Notes under the pieces: model-generated | What the model saw: the letters and a program-made list of their open reading frames with translations, nothing else | Told to the model about the DNA's origin: nothing | The model's database searches: none | Part shown: piece by piece, positions 9,175 to 17,329 of the stretch | Layout: each line of letters begins with the position of its first letter | Position numbering within the stretch: position 1 is the stretch's first letter | Program-made: the position numbers and the translations under genes | Virus record (IMG/VR): IMGVR_UViG_3300020294_000003 | Length of the DNA: 20,000 nt | Strand: one strand, 5' to 3' | From: an uncultured virus (IMG/VR IMGVR_UViG_3300020294_000003) | Taxonomy: Duplodnaviria > Heunggongvirae > Uroviricota > Caudoviricetes

Positions 9175-10797
9175 TTATGTTATGTTAATGTTTCCTACCA
9201 TATTTGTATGTGATGTACATTGGTAATAAAGTGTTGCTGGGGCGTCCATCGGTATATGAAATACAATAACACCATTAGGTCCTGAAGCATTATTGTCAGT
9301 AACACCAGTATTATACGCAGTACCACCTGTACCTGTTGTTGATTGTATTCTAAAAGGGTGTCCACTAGATGTATTTCTAAAGTAATAAGTTTGACCTTTT
9401 TTCAAGTGTAAATCAGGATTATCAGCACTTTGACCTGCAGGGAATCCTGCACCTTGAAACTCATAACCATTTGCGTCTGAAGCAGTTACTATAAATTGAG
9501 ATACTGGAGTTGTTGCTTGTACCCAATTTGTACCATTATAAACTAAAGACATACCTGCCGTAGGCGAAGTATTTACAACATCTGTTATATCGTTTAATGC
9601 AACTGAACCAGCAGATGGAGCACCGACATTAAATCTTCCTTGTGCTGAACTCCAAGATAAAACATTGCCGTCTGCAACACCAGTCATATTAACATCTGTA
9701 TGTGCTGAAACGGAAGAGTTTTCATCTAATACTCTAACCCAACCACTACCTGAAGAATAGTAAGGTCTGTTACCTGTACTATCATAAGCATACATTCCAA
9801 CATAAGTTGAAGCAGTTGGTAAAGAACCGTAACCTGCAAAATCAAATCTTATTTTAGAACCTGCACCAGTTAAATCAACGGTACCTGTACCTGATAGTGA
9901 AGATGTACCAGTTAAGTTTAAATTTGCTGTTGATGTTAATGTTCCACCTAAAGCAGTAGCAGTATCACCAATTGTAATTGATGAATTAGCAAGTGAAGTG
10001 TTAGGTACTGAAGAAACATTTAATACTATTCTATTATTTGTAATTGCAGTAGTAACACCTGAACCACCTACAATTTCAAAACTTTCACCTAAACCAACAT
10101 TATAGTTAGTAGATGAATCATCACCAAATCTAATTGTACTATTTGAAAGTTTATCATTTGCAATAGAACCTGCTAATTGAGCATTTGTAATTGTTCCTGA
10201 TAATGAACTTGTAGGATAATTTGTTGCGTCTGCTAAATCAAAAGCAGGAGTAGCGTCAACACCACCTAAAGAAAGTTGTACACCACCATATGAAACCGTT
10301 GAATTTGATAAAGAAGTATTATCTATACTAGTTAAGGTATTTGTAGAACCTGAAATTGTTTTGTTTGTTAATGTATCAGTTGATGTTTCTGTTAGAACTA
10401 CACCGTCTATATCAATTTTAACTTTATCTGCTGTTACGGTAGTTGTAATTCCTGTACCACCTTCAATAGTTAAAGTATCACCTAAATCTATTGCTGAAGT
10501 AGCGGCACCATCACCTGTAATTGTAATAGTTGAATTATCTAATTTTGTATTTGGTAAACTTGCTAATGCACTACTAGGAATATTTGTAATTGTATTATCA
10601 GGACCATTAATTGTTTTATTTGTTAAGACATTAGTAGAAGCGTCTGTTAAATAATTACCTGAAGTTAAGGTAGTACCATTGCCTAACGCATTATACAATT
10701 CGTCAAAATTGTTGTTAACTTTTTGAGCACCTGCTCTTAAATTATCACCTGTTCCATCATTAGCAGCGGTTCCTCTATTAATTGATTGTTTTGCCAT
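9175..10797 (-). CDS. gp9/gp10-like baseplate-attached fibre protein with internal repeats and a C-terminal cupredoxin-like domain (540 aa)
   Basis: N-terminus MAKQSINRGTAANDGTGDNLRAGAQKVNNNFDELY matches the T4 gp9/gp10 N-terminal motif. Repeated LxNSTI and LTNKTI units. C-terminal GHPF...LYYQCTSHTNMVG. Confidence 0.8.
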   Translation of the reverse strand: MAKQSINRGTAANDGTGDNLRAGAQKVNNNFDELYNALGNGTTLTSGNYLTDASTNVLTNKTINGPDNTITNIPSSALASLPNTKLDNSTITITGDGAATSAIDLGDTLTIEGGTGITTTVTADKVKIDIDGVVLTETSTDTLTNKTISGSTNTLTSIDNTSLSNSTVSYGGVQLSLGGVDATPAFDLADATNYPTSSLSGTITNAQLAGSIANDKLSNSTIRFGDDSSTNYNVGLGESFEIVGGSGVTTAITNNRIVLNVSSVPNTSLANSSITIGDTATALGGTLTSTANLNLTGTSSLSGTGTVDLTGAGSKIRFDFAGYGSLPTASTYVGMYAYDSTGNRPYYSSGSGWVRVLDENSSVSAHTDVNMTGVADGNVLSWSSAQGRFNVGAPSAGSVALNDITDVVNTSPTAGMSLVYNGTNWVQATTPVSQFIVTASDANGYEFQGAGFPAGQSADNPDLHLKKGQTYYFRNTSSGHPFRIQSTTGTGGTAYNTGVTDNNASGPNGVIVFHIPMDAPATLYYQCTSHTNMVGNINIT

Positions 10798-10820
10798 TTC
10801 TTTTTCCTATTTCCTTATAC

Positions 10821-10828
10821 TATTTATA
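10821..10828 (-). promoter_or_regulatory. T4-type late promoter TATAAATA upstream of the gp9/gp10-like gene
   Basis: Exact match, intergenic, followed by purine-rich AAGGAAATAGGA before the ATG. Confidence 0.8.
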
Positions 10829-10835
10829 AACATTC

Positions 10836-13421
10836 CTATGGGGTTGTATCATCAAAAGATACGGTTGTTTGAGCAAAATTAGTAACCGTATTATCAAAGG
10901 ATTCCTGAGATAATGCAAATTGTGTAGGCATTGCAAAATTAGTCTTTAATAACTGACCATCTGTATTTGAAGACGCTAAAAATATACCACCTCTTCCATC
11001 TAAAGATGTTCTTGTTCCTTGTATTGGTATAGCACTTAATTCTTTAAATGTTATTTTACTTCCGAATGAATTTATACCAAATATTGTATTTGCGTATTTG
11101 TTTAATGTACCAAAAGTAGGTCCTGCATATGCGTATCCTTGTTTAACTTCTACGCCATCTATTATTGCTCTATGCCTACTTGTCATACTAATTTCAATAG
11201 GCATCCTTCTTAAAGTTAAATCTCTAGTATTTGAAGTAAACGGATCTCTATAATCATCACCTGCGCTCATTTCACCTTCAGTTAAAACATCTGATCTTAA
11301 AGTTGTTCCATCATCTATTGTTCCTAATCTTCTACCAAAAACGGTTGTAAACAATACGTTCAATACATTAAATAATGGAGTATCTATTTCACCTGATACA
11401 ATACCAGCAACTGGCGCCCTAACTTTTAAACTTAATCTATTTTGTAAATCAACTTGTCCTGTAAAATAAAAACCTGCTGTGTGCATAGTCTTTTTAAATG
11501 AGTCTCGCCAATCATTAATAGATTGACCTACTTTTAATACATAAGAAAAATCCTGATAGTATAAACTATCTTGTACTTTCATAGTTTGCTCAGATACATA
11601 ACCATCTTCATTTAAAAATTTACCATCTGTATCTGCAACAGAAACTACATCTATCGTAGCACTAGCAACATCTAATCTTGTTATTGTTGCTGATCCACTA
11701 CTTGTTGATGTTATTGTTTCATTTAAATCAAAATTTTTATTTAAATCTTTTACTTTTAATAAACTTGTATCAGCGTCATAAAAAGAAAGTTTACCAACAG
11801 CACCTGAAGTGCCACCTGTAATAGTATCATTGGCATTAAAGTTACCTGACTTGTTAGTAAGTAATAAACAATTTCTAAATTTAATTGTAGGTGTTGGAGA
11901 GTTTTGATAACCTTCTCCTAATTCGTTTGTTTTTAATCCTATAACTCTTCCTATATCAGTACCGTGTGCTAAAATATTTGCGTTAGTTCCTGAAGATGTT
12001 ATAGTTACTTTAGGTAAAGTTGTATAACCACTACCTTTATTAATTAAAAATATATCTGTAATATCATTTAAGTTAGAGTTTGTTTCAGGTTCTAAAACAA
12101 TTTTATTTCCAAAGTATTGATCTCCTCTACCTGTTTCATCTTCCATTACAATATGTTCAGCGTCTGTTCCTGATTCACCAGAAATACCACCGTTAACAAC
12201 AGAAATAAATCCTTCTGCATTAACTCCTTGTGTGCCTGAATTATCAAAAACTAATTTATCGCCAACAGAATAACCTGATCCTGGATTGTCAACAACAATT
12301 TCTGATACAGGTCCTGATCCTATATCACTAATAGAAATATCAGCACCAGTACCGCCACCAGTTACTTCTAAAAAATCTCCAGTAGAATATAAGTTACCAT
12401 CATTAGTAATTGTTTTTGCACCTGGTATACCTGTAACGGTTGCCTTAATAAAAAAGTCATCTGTATCACTAGCAGTACCAGTTATTTCTTCTCCTATTTG
12501 AAAAGTACCAGTCATTGAGTTTATGTTTAATATAAATTCAGAAACTTCTCTATTTGCAATAATAAATTTCTTAATACTTTCTATTACAGCAGTTGCCGCT
12601 GATGTTTTTCCTGTAATTGTTCTACCAACTAAATTAGTTGTATTACCTGTTGAAGCAATTGCTCTTAAAACTTTTTGTGTATCCCATTGTCCATCAGATA
12701 CACGTAACATTTGTGATCTAGGATAAAATGTTTCTGATACTTGATTAAATAATATTCTAAAAAATAATTCGTGTCCTTTTTGTGTACCTTTCATACGGTA
12801 CAATGATTTAATATTTTTAATTAGACTTCTTTTATCTATTCCGTTTGCTAAAGTTTCAGGTATTGTTTTTAAAAACTCATCTCTAAAGTTTGATAAAAAG
12901 TTTGAAATAACTTTATCTGGATCTCTAAAGTTTGTAAGTTGTTGAACATTGTTTACAGGATTAGGACGATAGTTATTAATTACTGCCTCAGCACCAGAAT
13001 CATTACCTGTTATAATTTCATTTAAAGAAAATCTATCTTGTGCTGTTATGAAAATTTTGCCATTTGCTAAATCTTCAGCAATAACTTTAGCAGTTGCCTT
13101 TGATGTAAGACCTGTTATAGTTTCACCAACCGTAAATGAACCATATGTAGTATCTTCATAAATTATTTTATCACCAGCGTCTGATTGTGTTCTTTCTGAA
13201 GTTATTTTTGAACCGTCTAATAATAAGTTATCTTGTAGACCAGTTTCATTTTCTAAAGTTACACCGTCTGTTGATTCAATACTTGTAACCTGCAACATAG
13301 CAGATTCCATAAATTGAAAATAAGTTTTTAAAAATTGAACAAATTGTGGGTGATCGTCAACTACAAAATCTGGTAATTGACTACTAATAAGCGATGAAAT
13401 TTTTTCATTAAATTTTGCCAT
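10836..13421 (-). CDS. gp7: Baseplate wedge initiator, gp7-like (861 aa)
   Basis: SQLPDFVVDDHPQFVQFLKTYFQFME, LIKNIKSLYRMKGT...FFRILF and VQDSLYYQDFSYVLK...MHTAGF motifs. Directly downstream of gp6. Confidence 0.8.
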   Translation of the reverse strand: MAKFNEKISSLISSQLPDFVVDDHPQFVQFLKTYFQFMESAMLQVTSIESTDGVTLENETGLQDNLLLDGSKITSERTQSDAGDKIIYEDTTYGSFTVGETITGLTSKATAKVIAEDLANGKIFITAQDRFSLNEIITGNDSGAEAVINNYRPNPVNNVQQLTNFRDPDKVISNFLSNFRDEFLKTIPETLANGIDKRSLIKNIKSLYRMKGTQKGHELFFRILFNQVSETFYPRSQMLRVSDGQWDTQKVLRAIASTGNTTNLVGRTITGKTSAATAVIESIKKFIIANREVSEFILNINSMTGTFQIGEEITGTASDTDDFFIKATVTGIPGAKTITNDGNLYSTGDFLEVTGGGTGADISISDIGSGPVSEIVVDNPGSGYSVGDKLVFDNSGTQGVNAEGFISVVNGGISGESGTDAEHIVMEDETGRGDQYFGNKIVLEPETNSNLNDITDIFLINKGSGYTTLPKVTITSSGTNANILAHGTDIGRVIGLKTNELGEGYQNSPTPTIKFRNCLLLTNKSGNFNANDTITGGTSGAVGKLSFYDADTSLLKVKDLNKNFDLNETITSTSSGSATITRLDVASATIDVVSVADTDGKFLNEDGYVSEQTMKVQDSLYYQDFSYVLKVGQSINDWRDSFKKTMHTAGFYFTGQVDLQNRLSLKVRAPVAGIVSGEIDTPLFNVLNVLFTTVFGRRLGTIDDGTTLRSDVLTEGEMSAGDDYRDPFTSNTRDLTLRRMPIEISMTSRHRAIIDGVEVKQGYAYAGPTFGTLNKYANTIFGINSFGSKITFKELSAIPIQGTRTSLDGRGGIFLASSNTDGQLLKTNFAMPTQFALSQESFDNTVTNFAQTTVSFDDTTP

Positions 13422-13425
13422 TGCA

Positions 13426-15267
13426 TTAGTAACTTGATGAAGTTGTGTATCCTACTCCTGCCTCGGATGATCCTCCTACAAAAGTATCCTCGGTAACATT
13501 AACAATAGAATTAGAAACATCTATTTCTAAAATTTGATCTCTTACAGGAACAACGTCATTTGAACTAGGAGAAACGGTTACCTCAATTTTAGTTGAAGCA
13601 GAACCTCTAATATTTGAAATTGAATTAACATCTAAAGAATTAATAGTAACTTGTCCTGTTCCGTAATTAATTGTACCTTGTGTAGCATTGTGAACGGTTT
13701 TAATACCACTTACTAGATAATAAACTCTAACATTTCCCATACCATCATCATCTAAAAACATTTCATTATTATTACCAGATACTTTAAATCCAGTAGATGA
13801 TAAAACTGATTCGTGTCCTGAATGTGGATTGTAAATTGCGTTTCTAAAATATATATCGTATTTTGTAGATGAGTTTAAAGTAGGTGTAAAATCTTTTCTA
13901 ACTTTTACATTTGTTATATTAGATAAAATAGAACTATCTACGTCATCTATAATACCTGTTACTTTTGAATGTCTGAATACACCATCAAACGCTTTTAATG
14001 TATTATTATTGTAATCATTTATTGCACTTATAATTTCTGATCTTAATGTGTCTGAAGTTTTAGCAGTTGATTTTTTATCAAACTTAGCATTGACTACTAA
14101 CACAATTGAAGTTGTTATTGGATCAATTATTTCTGGTCTTACTGAAGCAACATTATAAGGTTTTAATTTTGTAACTATATCTAATTTTGTTGCATTAGTT
14201 AAAGGAACACCTGATTGACCTTTTACAGCAATCTTAACAACACCGTAAACAGGTGTTTCGTCATCTTCACCACCCCAAGCACTTATAGAAGTTGCATTAG
14301 GATAAATTGATCTTACTAAAGTTTCGTAATCTGTTGTTGTAACTGCTCTGTCTTGTGATGTATATTGTAAAGGTGCATTAAATCTAATTGATTCTTTTGT
14401 TTCTGGATCAGAACCACCTTGAGCATTTGAATTAGTTACAATAGATACGTCTGAAAAACCACCTACTGAACTTGAAACATTAAAAGCAGAAGCGCCGTTT
14501 GCCTCATCTTTATTTGTAACTATGTATTCTAAAATTACAATGTTACCATCTGATAATTTTTTACCTAATATATCATCGCCAAAATATATTTCAAATTTAC
14601 CTGTATCTGTTTCTTGTAAAAAATATGCCTTTGATGTATTATCTAAACTTTTTAAACCAGCCGCTAATGTATAAACATTTTGCGTTGAATCAGTTGCTGA
14701 GTTTTGTACAATTACTTTTAATGTAGATGTATCAGCATTTACACTTGGTATAATAAATCTTTGGTCAACATCTGTACTATCAACCGTATATCTAAATGAA
14801 ACTAAAGTACCTTCATATAAATCTACACCTGAAAATTTATAAACACCATCTGCAGGTGTGATTGTTGATTCTTGGTTAGTTACAAACTGATAAGTTAAAT
14901 TATCTATTGTTGATGTAAAGGTTGTTCCTTTATCCATTGTAACCGATGAACCTGTAGCATTGTTTAAAGTTATATCTACGTTTGCAATAGGTGATCTACA
15001 AGATGATGGCACATATCCTAACATCTTTGCTAATGAAACTACATTTTTTCTAATATCAGCAGAGTCTAGGTACATTTCATTTGCAACCATATTAGCATTG
15101 AAACCTAGATAGTGTGTATTGTATGCTAATGTATCTATTAAAACAGCAAAACCTGATCCTTCAAAATTATAATCTGAAAACTCTGGTTGATCTTGTAAGA
15201 ATGCTTTTAAATTTGATTTTATTGCGTCAAAATCTAAATCTGATACTACGAACTTATTACTTGCCAT
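13426..15267 (-). CDS. gp6: Baseplate wedge subunit gp6 (613 aa)
   Basis: LDFDAIKSNLKAFL...FSDYNFEGSG...LAYNTHY, FEIYFGDD, ESIRFNAP...QDRAVTTTDYE, AWGGED and GTINYGTG motifs. Confidence 0.95.
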   Translation of the reverse strand: MASNKFVVSDLDFDAIKSNLKAFLQDQPEFSDYNFEGSGFAVLIDTLAYNTHYLGFNANMVANEMYLDSADIRKNVVSLAKMLGYVPSSCRSPIANVDITLNNATGSSVTMDKGTTFTSTIDNLTYQFVTNQESTITPADGVYKFSGVDLYEGTLVSFRYTVDSTDVDQRFIIPSVNADTSTLKVIVQNSATDSTQNVYTLAAGLKSLDNTSKAYFLQETDTGKFEIYFGDDILGKKLSDGNIVILEYIVTNKDEANGASAFNVSSSVGGFSDVSIVTNSNAQGGSDPETKESIRFNAPLQYTSQDRAVTTTDYETLVRSIYPNATSISAWGGEDDETPVYGVVKIAVKGQSGVPLTNATKLDIVTKLKPYNVASVRPEIIDPITTSIVLVVNAKFDKKSTAKTSDTLRSEIISAINDYNNNTLKAFDGVFRHSKVTGIIDDVDSSILSNITNVKVRKDFTPTLNSSTKYDIYFRNAIYNPHSGHESVLSSTGFKVSGNNNEMFLDDDGMGNVRVYYLVSGIKTVHNATQGTINYGTGQVTINSLDVNSISNIRGSASTKIEVTVSPSSNDVVPVRDQILEIDVSNSIVNVTEDTFVGGSSEAGVGYTTSSSY

Positions 15268-15268
15268 T

Positions 15269-15694
15269 TTATCTTAATCTTTCTAAAAATGTTTCTACTA
15301 CTACTGGTTCATTTGATCCAATAACATAAAACATAATTTTTAATTCATAACTATTTCTATCAATGTCAGGACTTGCTAATACCTGTTGTAAATTGATTCT
15401 TGGTTCAAAATTATTTAAAACTTCAGCAACTTTTCTTTGTAAATTAAGAGCAGTAAGAGGTGTCATTGGTTCAAACAACATTCCTCTAACATCACTTCCT
15501 ATTTCAGGATGAAAAGGTCTCTCATAATGATTTGTGTTAATCAAATTTCTAACACTTCGTTTAACTGCCTCTACATCTGTCAGTTTATTTACATCATTAG
15601 TAACTTTATTACGACCAAAGTTTAAATCTAAATCTTTATAGATTCTATTTGCTCTTTTAGAGTTATTAGTATTACTAGCATCGTAGTTTGGCAT
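15269..15694 (-). CDS. gp25: Baseplate wedge subunit gp25 (141 aa)
   Basis: YKDLDLNF, AVKRSVRNLINT...ERPFHPEIGS...LFEP and NFEPRI motifs; ends LERLR. Confidence 0.95.
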   Translation of the reverse strand: MPNYDASNTNNSKRANRIYKDLDLNFGRNKVTNDVNKLTDVEAVKRSVRNLINTNHYERPFHPEIGSDVRGMLFEPMTPLTALNLQRKVAEVLNNFEPRINLQQVLASPDIDRNSYELKIMFYVIGSNEPVVVETFLERLR

Positions 15695-15702
15695 ATCTCT
15701 TA

Positions 15703-15710
15703 TATTTATA
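15703..15710 (-). promoter_or_regulatory. T4-type late promoter TATAAATA upstream of gp25
   Basis: Exact match with an 8 nt gap to the ATG at 15694. Confidence 0.8.
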
Positions 15711-15712
15711 CT

Positions 15713-16012
15713 CTAACCAGAGAAAACATTAGAAGAACCTTTAGTCATTTGTCCTGCGTCTGTACTATCACCTACTCTTGCAATTGGTAAACCACATACT
15801 CTAACCGTTGTACTTCCTACATTAACTTTTGCAACGTGTGGCGCACAAGGTGGTAATGGTGGAAAAGGGTGTGATACCGTAGGATCAGTTTGTCTAGCAA
15901 TCAATATACTATTTGCTCTAACCGTTGATTGTCCTGGTGTTGCAAGTATAGTTGTTCCAGCACATATGTGTCCTGTACTTAAACTATCTCCTTTTCTACT
16001 AACTGCTGGCAT
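15713..16012 (-). CDS. PAAR-domain spike tip protein, T4 gp5.4-like (99 aa)
   Basis: Three PAAR-like repeats (PAVSRKGD, LIARQTD, PIARVGD), TGH motif, metal-ligand His/Cys residues and the GSSNVFSG end. Confidence 0.92.
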   Translation of the reverse strand: MPAVSRKGDSLSTGHICAGTTILATPGQSTVRANSILIARQTDPTVSHPFPPLPPCAPHVAKVNVGSTTVRVCGLPIARVGDSTDAGQMTKGSSNVFSG

Positions 16013-16278
16013 TATGCACTTCTTCTATCTGCTTCTCTTTTTGCTTTTAACGCTGCTCTTCGTTTTTCTACTATTAACGATTGTCTTATTTTTCTTCCTA
16101 TTGGTATTCTTATAGAAGTTTCTATTTTTTTGCCTTTTTTACTAATAAACTCAACTCCTATAACATCATCTTTAAAATCACCTTGAACTGACATAACTGC
16201 CTTTTTCAAACTCATTGATTCTTTCTCTTTTTCGTCACCTGCTTCATTCCAAAACTTAAATATTCTCATTTTTGCCAT
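16012..16278 (-). CDS. Hypothetical basic protein (88 aa)
   Basis: Stop overlaps the PAAR start (TAATG), GGAG upstream of the ATG, K/R-rich C-terminal helix. Confidence 0.7.
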   Translation of the reverse strand: MAKMRIFKFWNEAGDEKEKESMSLKKAVMSVQGDFKDDVIGVEFISKKGKKIETSIRIPIGRKIRQSLIVEKRRAALKAKREADRRSA

Positions 16279-16280
16279 TA

Positions 16281-16451
16281 TTATGCTCCATTAAAAGAAT
16301 CTTCATCTAATTTGCCACTTTTTCCATCATTTTCGCAACGACAATTTGTACAACAAAGAGTTTTTTCAGATTCTCCGTAATCTTTGTAACAATTTTCGCC
16401 ACAATGCGATTCGTGTCCACAATTTAGACAATATTCTGTATTATTATTCAT
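16281..16451 (-). CDS. Small Cys/His-rich putative metal-binding protein (56 aa)
   Basis: Not in the ORF track. Translates as MNNNTEYCLNCGHESHCGENCYKDYGESEKTLCCTNCRCENDGKSGKLDEDSFNGA, with 8 Cys and 2 His. Fills the gap exactly and has ATAAATA 6 nt upstream. Confidence 0.8.
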   Translation of the reverse strand: MNNNTEYCLNCGHESHCGENCYKDYGESEKTLCCTNCRCENDGKSGKLDEDSFNGA

Positions 16452-16457
16452 AAAAAC

Positions 16458-16465
16458 TATTTATC
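16458..16465 (-). promoter_or_regulatory. Late promoter variant GATAAATA
   Basis: ATAAATA core in the short gap ahead of the Cys-rich / 88-aa / PAAR genes. Confidence 0.6.
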
Positions 16466-16645
16466 CTAAAATTGGCAACGTGTTTTGTGTTGTAAAATTT
16501 CTATTTGAGCAATTCCGTCAAGTGATTCGCTCATTGATTCGCTATTTTCTTCAAATTCGGGTCTATATTCGCAATTTTCCTTGATTTTTGTACAATTTAT
16601 GAGAACAAAAAGAGAACAAAGTAAAAAAAACGTCATTTTTTTCAT
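16466..16645 (-). CDS. Putative small lipoprotein (59 aa)
   Basis: From the ATG at 16645 the sequence MKKMTFFLLCSLFVLINC gives a basic n-region, hydrophobic h-region and lipobox-like LINC. Two more Cys and a terminal Phe follow. It overlaps regulatory motifs, so it may be spurious. Confidence 0.5.
   Translation of the reverse strand: MKKMTFFLLCSLFVLINCTKIKENCEYRPEFEENSESMSESLDGIAQIEILQHKTRCQF
16603..16617. promoter_or_regulatory. Alphaproteobacterial LexA (SOS) box-like direct repeat GAAC-N7-GAAC
   Basis: GAACaaaaagaGAAC, within the repeat GAGAACAAA-AA-GAGAACAAA. Matches the GTTC-N7-GTTC consensus on the minus strand and ends 46 nt before the -35 at 16664. Confidence 0.65.
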
Positions 16646-16663
16646 ATTTTCGGGATTTTTTGC

Positions 16664-16692
16664 TTGCAATCGGGTTGGTTTTCCTGTATATT
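16664..16692 (+). promoter_or_regulatory. Sigma70-type early promoter: TTGCAA (16664-16669), 17 bp spacer, TATATT (16687-16692)
   Basis: Near-consensus hexamers with optimal spacing and T-tracts upstream, directly ahead of the only plus-strand gene cluster. Confidence 0.75.
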
Positions 16693-16701
16693 ATTTAGTA
16701 T

Positions 16702-16938
16702 ATGACAACAAAAAACACAAAAACAAACGAATCATTTTTAGGCGATTTATATATGTCTAAATTTGCTGTAAATAGCAATATTCCGATAATAAGAAATATT
16801 GTTTATAAAAGAATCAATGATATTTTGAAAGATATTAAAGAACAGACACCAGAAATGTCTGATTTTTTCAAAGATAAAATTGATATTAATATGAAAAACA
16901 CAATCAATAAAATCTTAAACGATTATAAAACACAATAA
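16702..16938 (+). CDS. Hypothetical protein (78 aa), first gene of the plus-strand island
   Basis: ATG 9 nt after the -10 box with no SD. Amphipathic-helix character. An alternative start at the internal MSKF is possible. Confidence 0.7.
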   Translation: MTTKNTKTNESFLGDLYMSKFAVNSNIPIIRNIVYKRINDILKDIKEQTPEMSDFFKDKIDINMKNTINKILNDYKTQ

Positions 16939-16950
16939 AGGACAAACACT

Positions 16951-17316
16951 ATGATAAAAGTATCTCAAAAATGTGAAACACTTGAAGAAGGCATTAAGTT
17001 TATGATGGCTGGTGCTAAGGCTGACTATGTTGCAATGTCAACTAGTTATGGAAAGAAAGAATTAACTGGTTATAGTTTAGAACAAACTAATAAATGGGAT
17101 TCTAATACTAGAATTATGCCAGGTAAAAAGTATATTAAAGTTGTACAAGAAAACGGCGTATTTTGTTTTATTGTAAAAGAAGACTTTAAACATTTTAAAA
17201 AAGGTGATATATTGAAAGCCGCTGGTTACAATGCGCCTGCTTTAAATTCTGCCAGAGGTAATGTACTTACTGGTAATTATCCAATTCAATGGACTGGTCC
17301 ATTATATTTAAAATAA
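16951..17316 (+). CDS. Conserved hypothetical phage protein (121 aa)
   Basis: AAGGA SD. The GKKYIKV...VFCFI...GDILKAAGYNAPA..ARGNV signature resembles a widespread phage family of unknown function (from memory, not searched). Confidence 0.8.
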   Translation: MIKVSQKCETLEEGIKFMMAGAKADYVAMSTSYGKKELTGYSLEQTNKWDSNTRIMPGKKYIKVVQENGVFCFIVKEDFKHFKKGDILKAAGYNAPALNSARGNVLTGNYPIQWTGPLYLK

Positions 17317-17329
17317 GGAGAAAAACACT

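Noticed and set aside
10361..10654. Plus-strand 97-aa Val-rich ORF
   Set aside because: Antisense mirror of Thr-rich codons in the fibre gene.
12286..12726. Two plus-strand ORFs (71 and 67 aa)
   Set aside because: Antisense shadows inside the gp7-like gene.
15114..15329. Plus-strand 71-aa ORF
   Set aside because: Antisense across the conserved gp25/gp6 junction.
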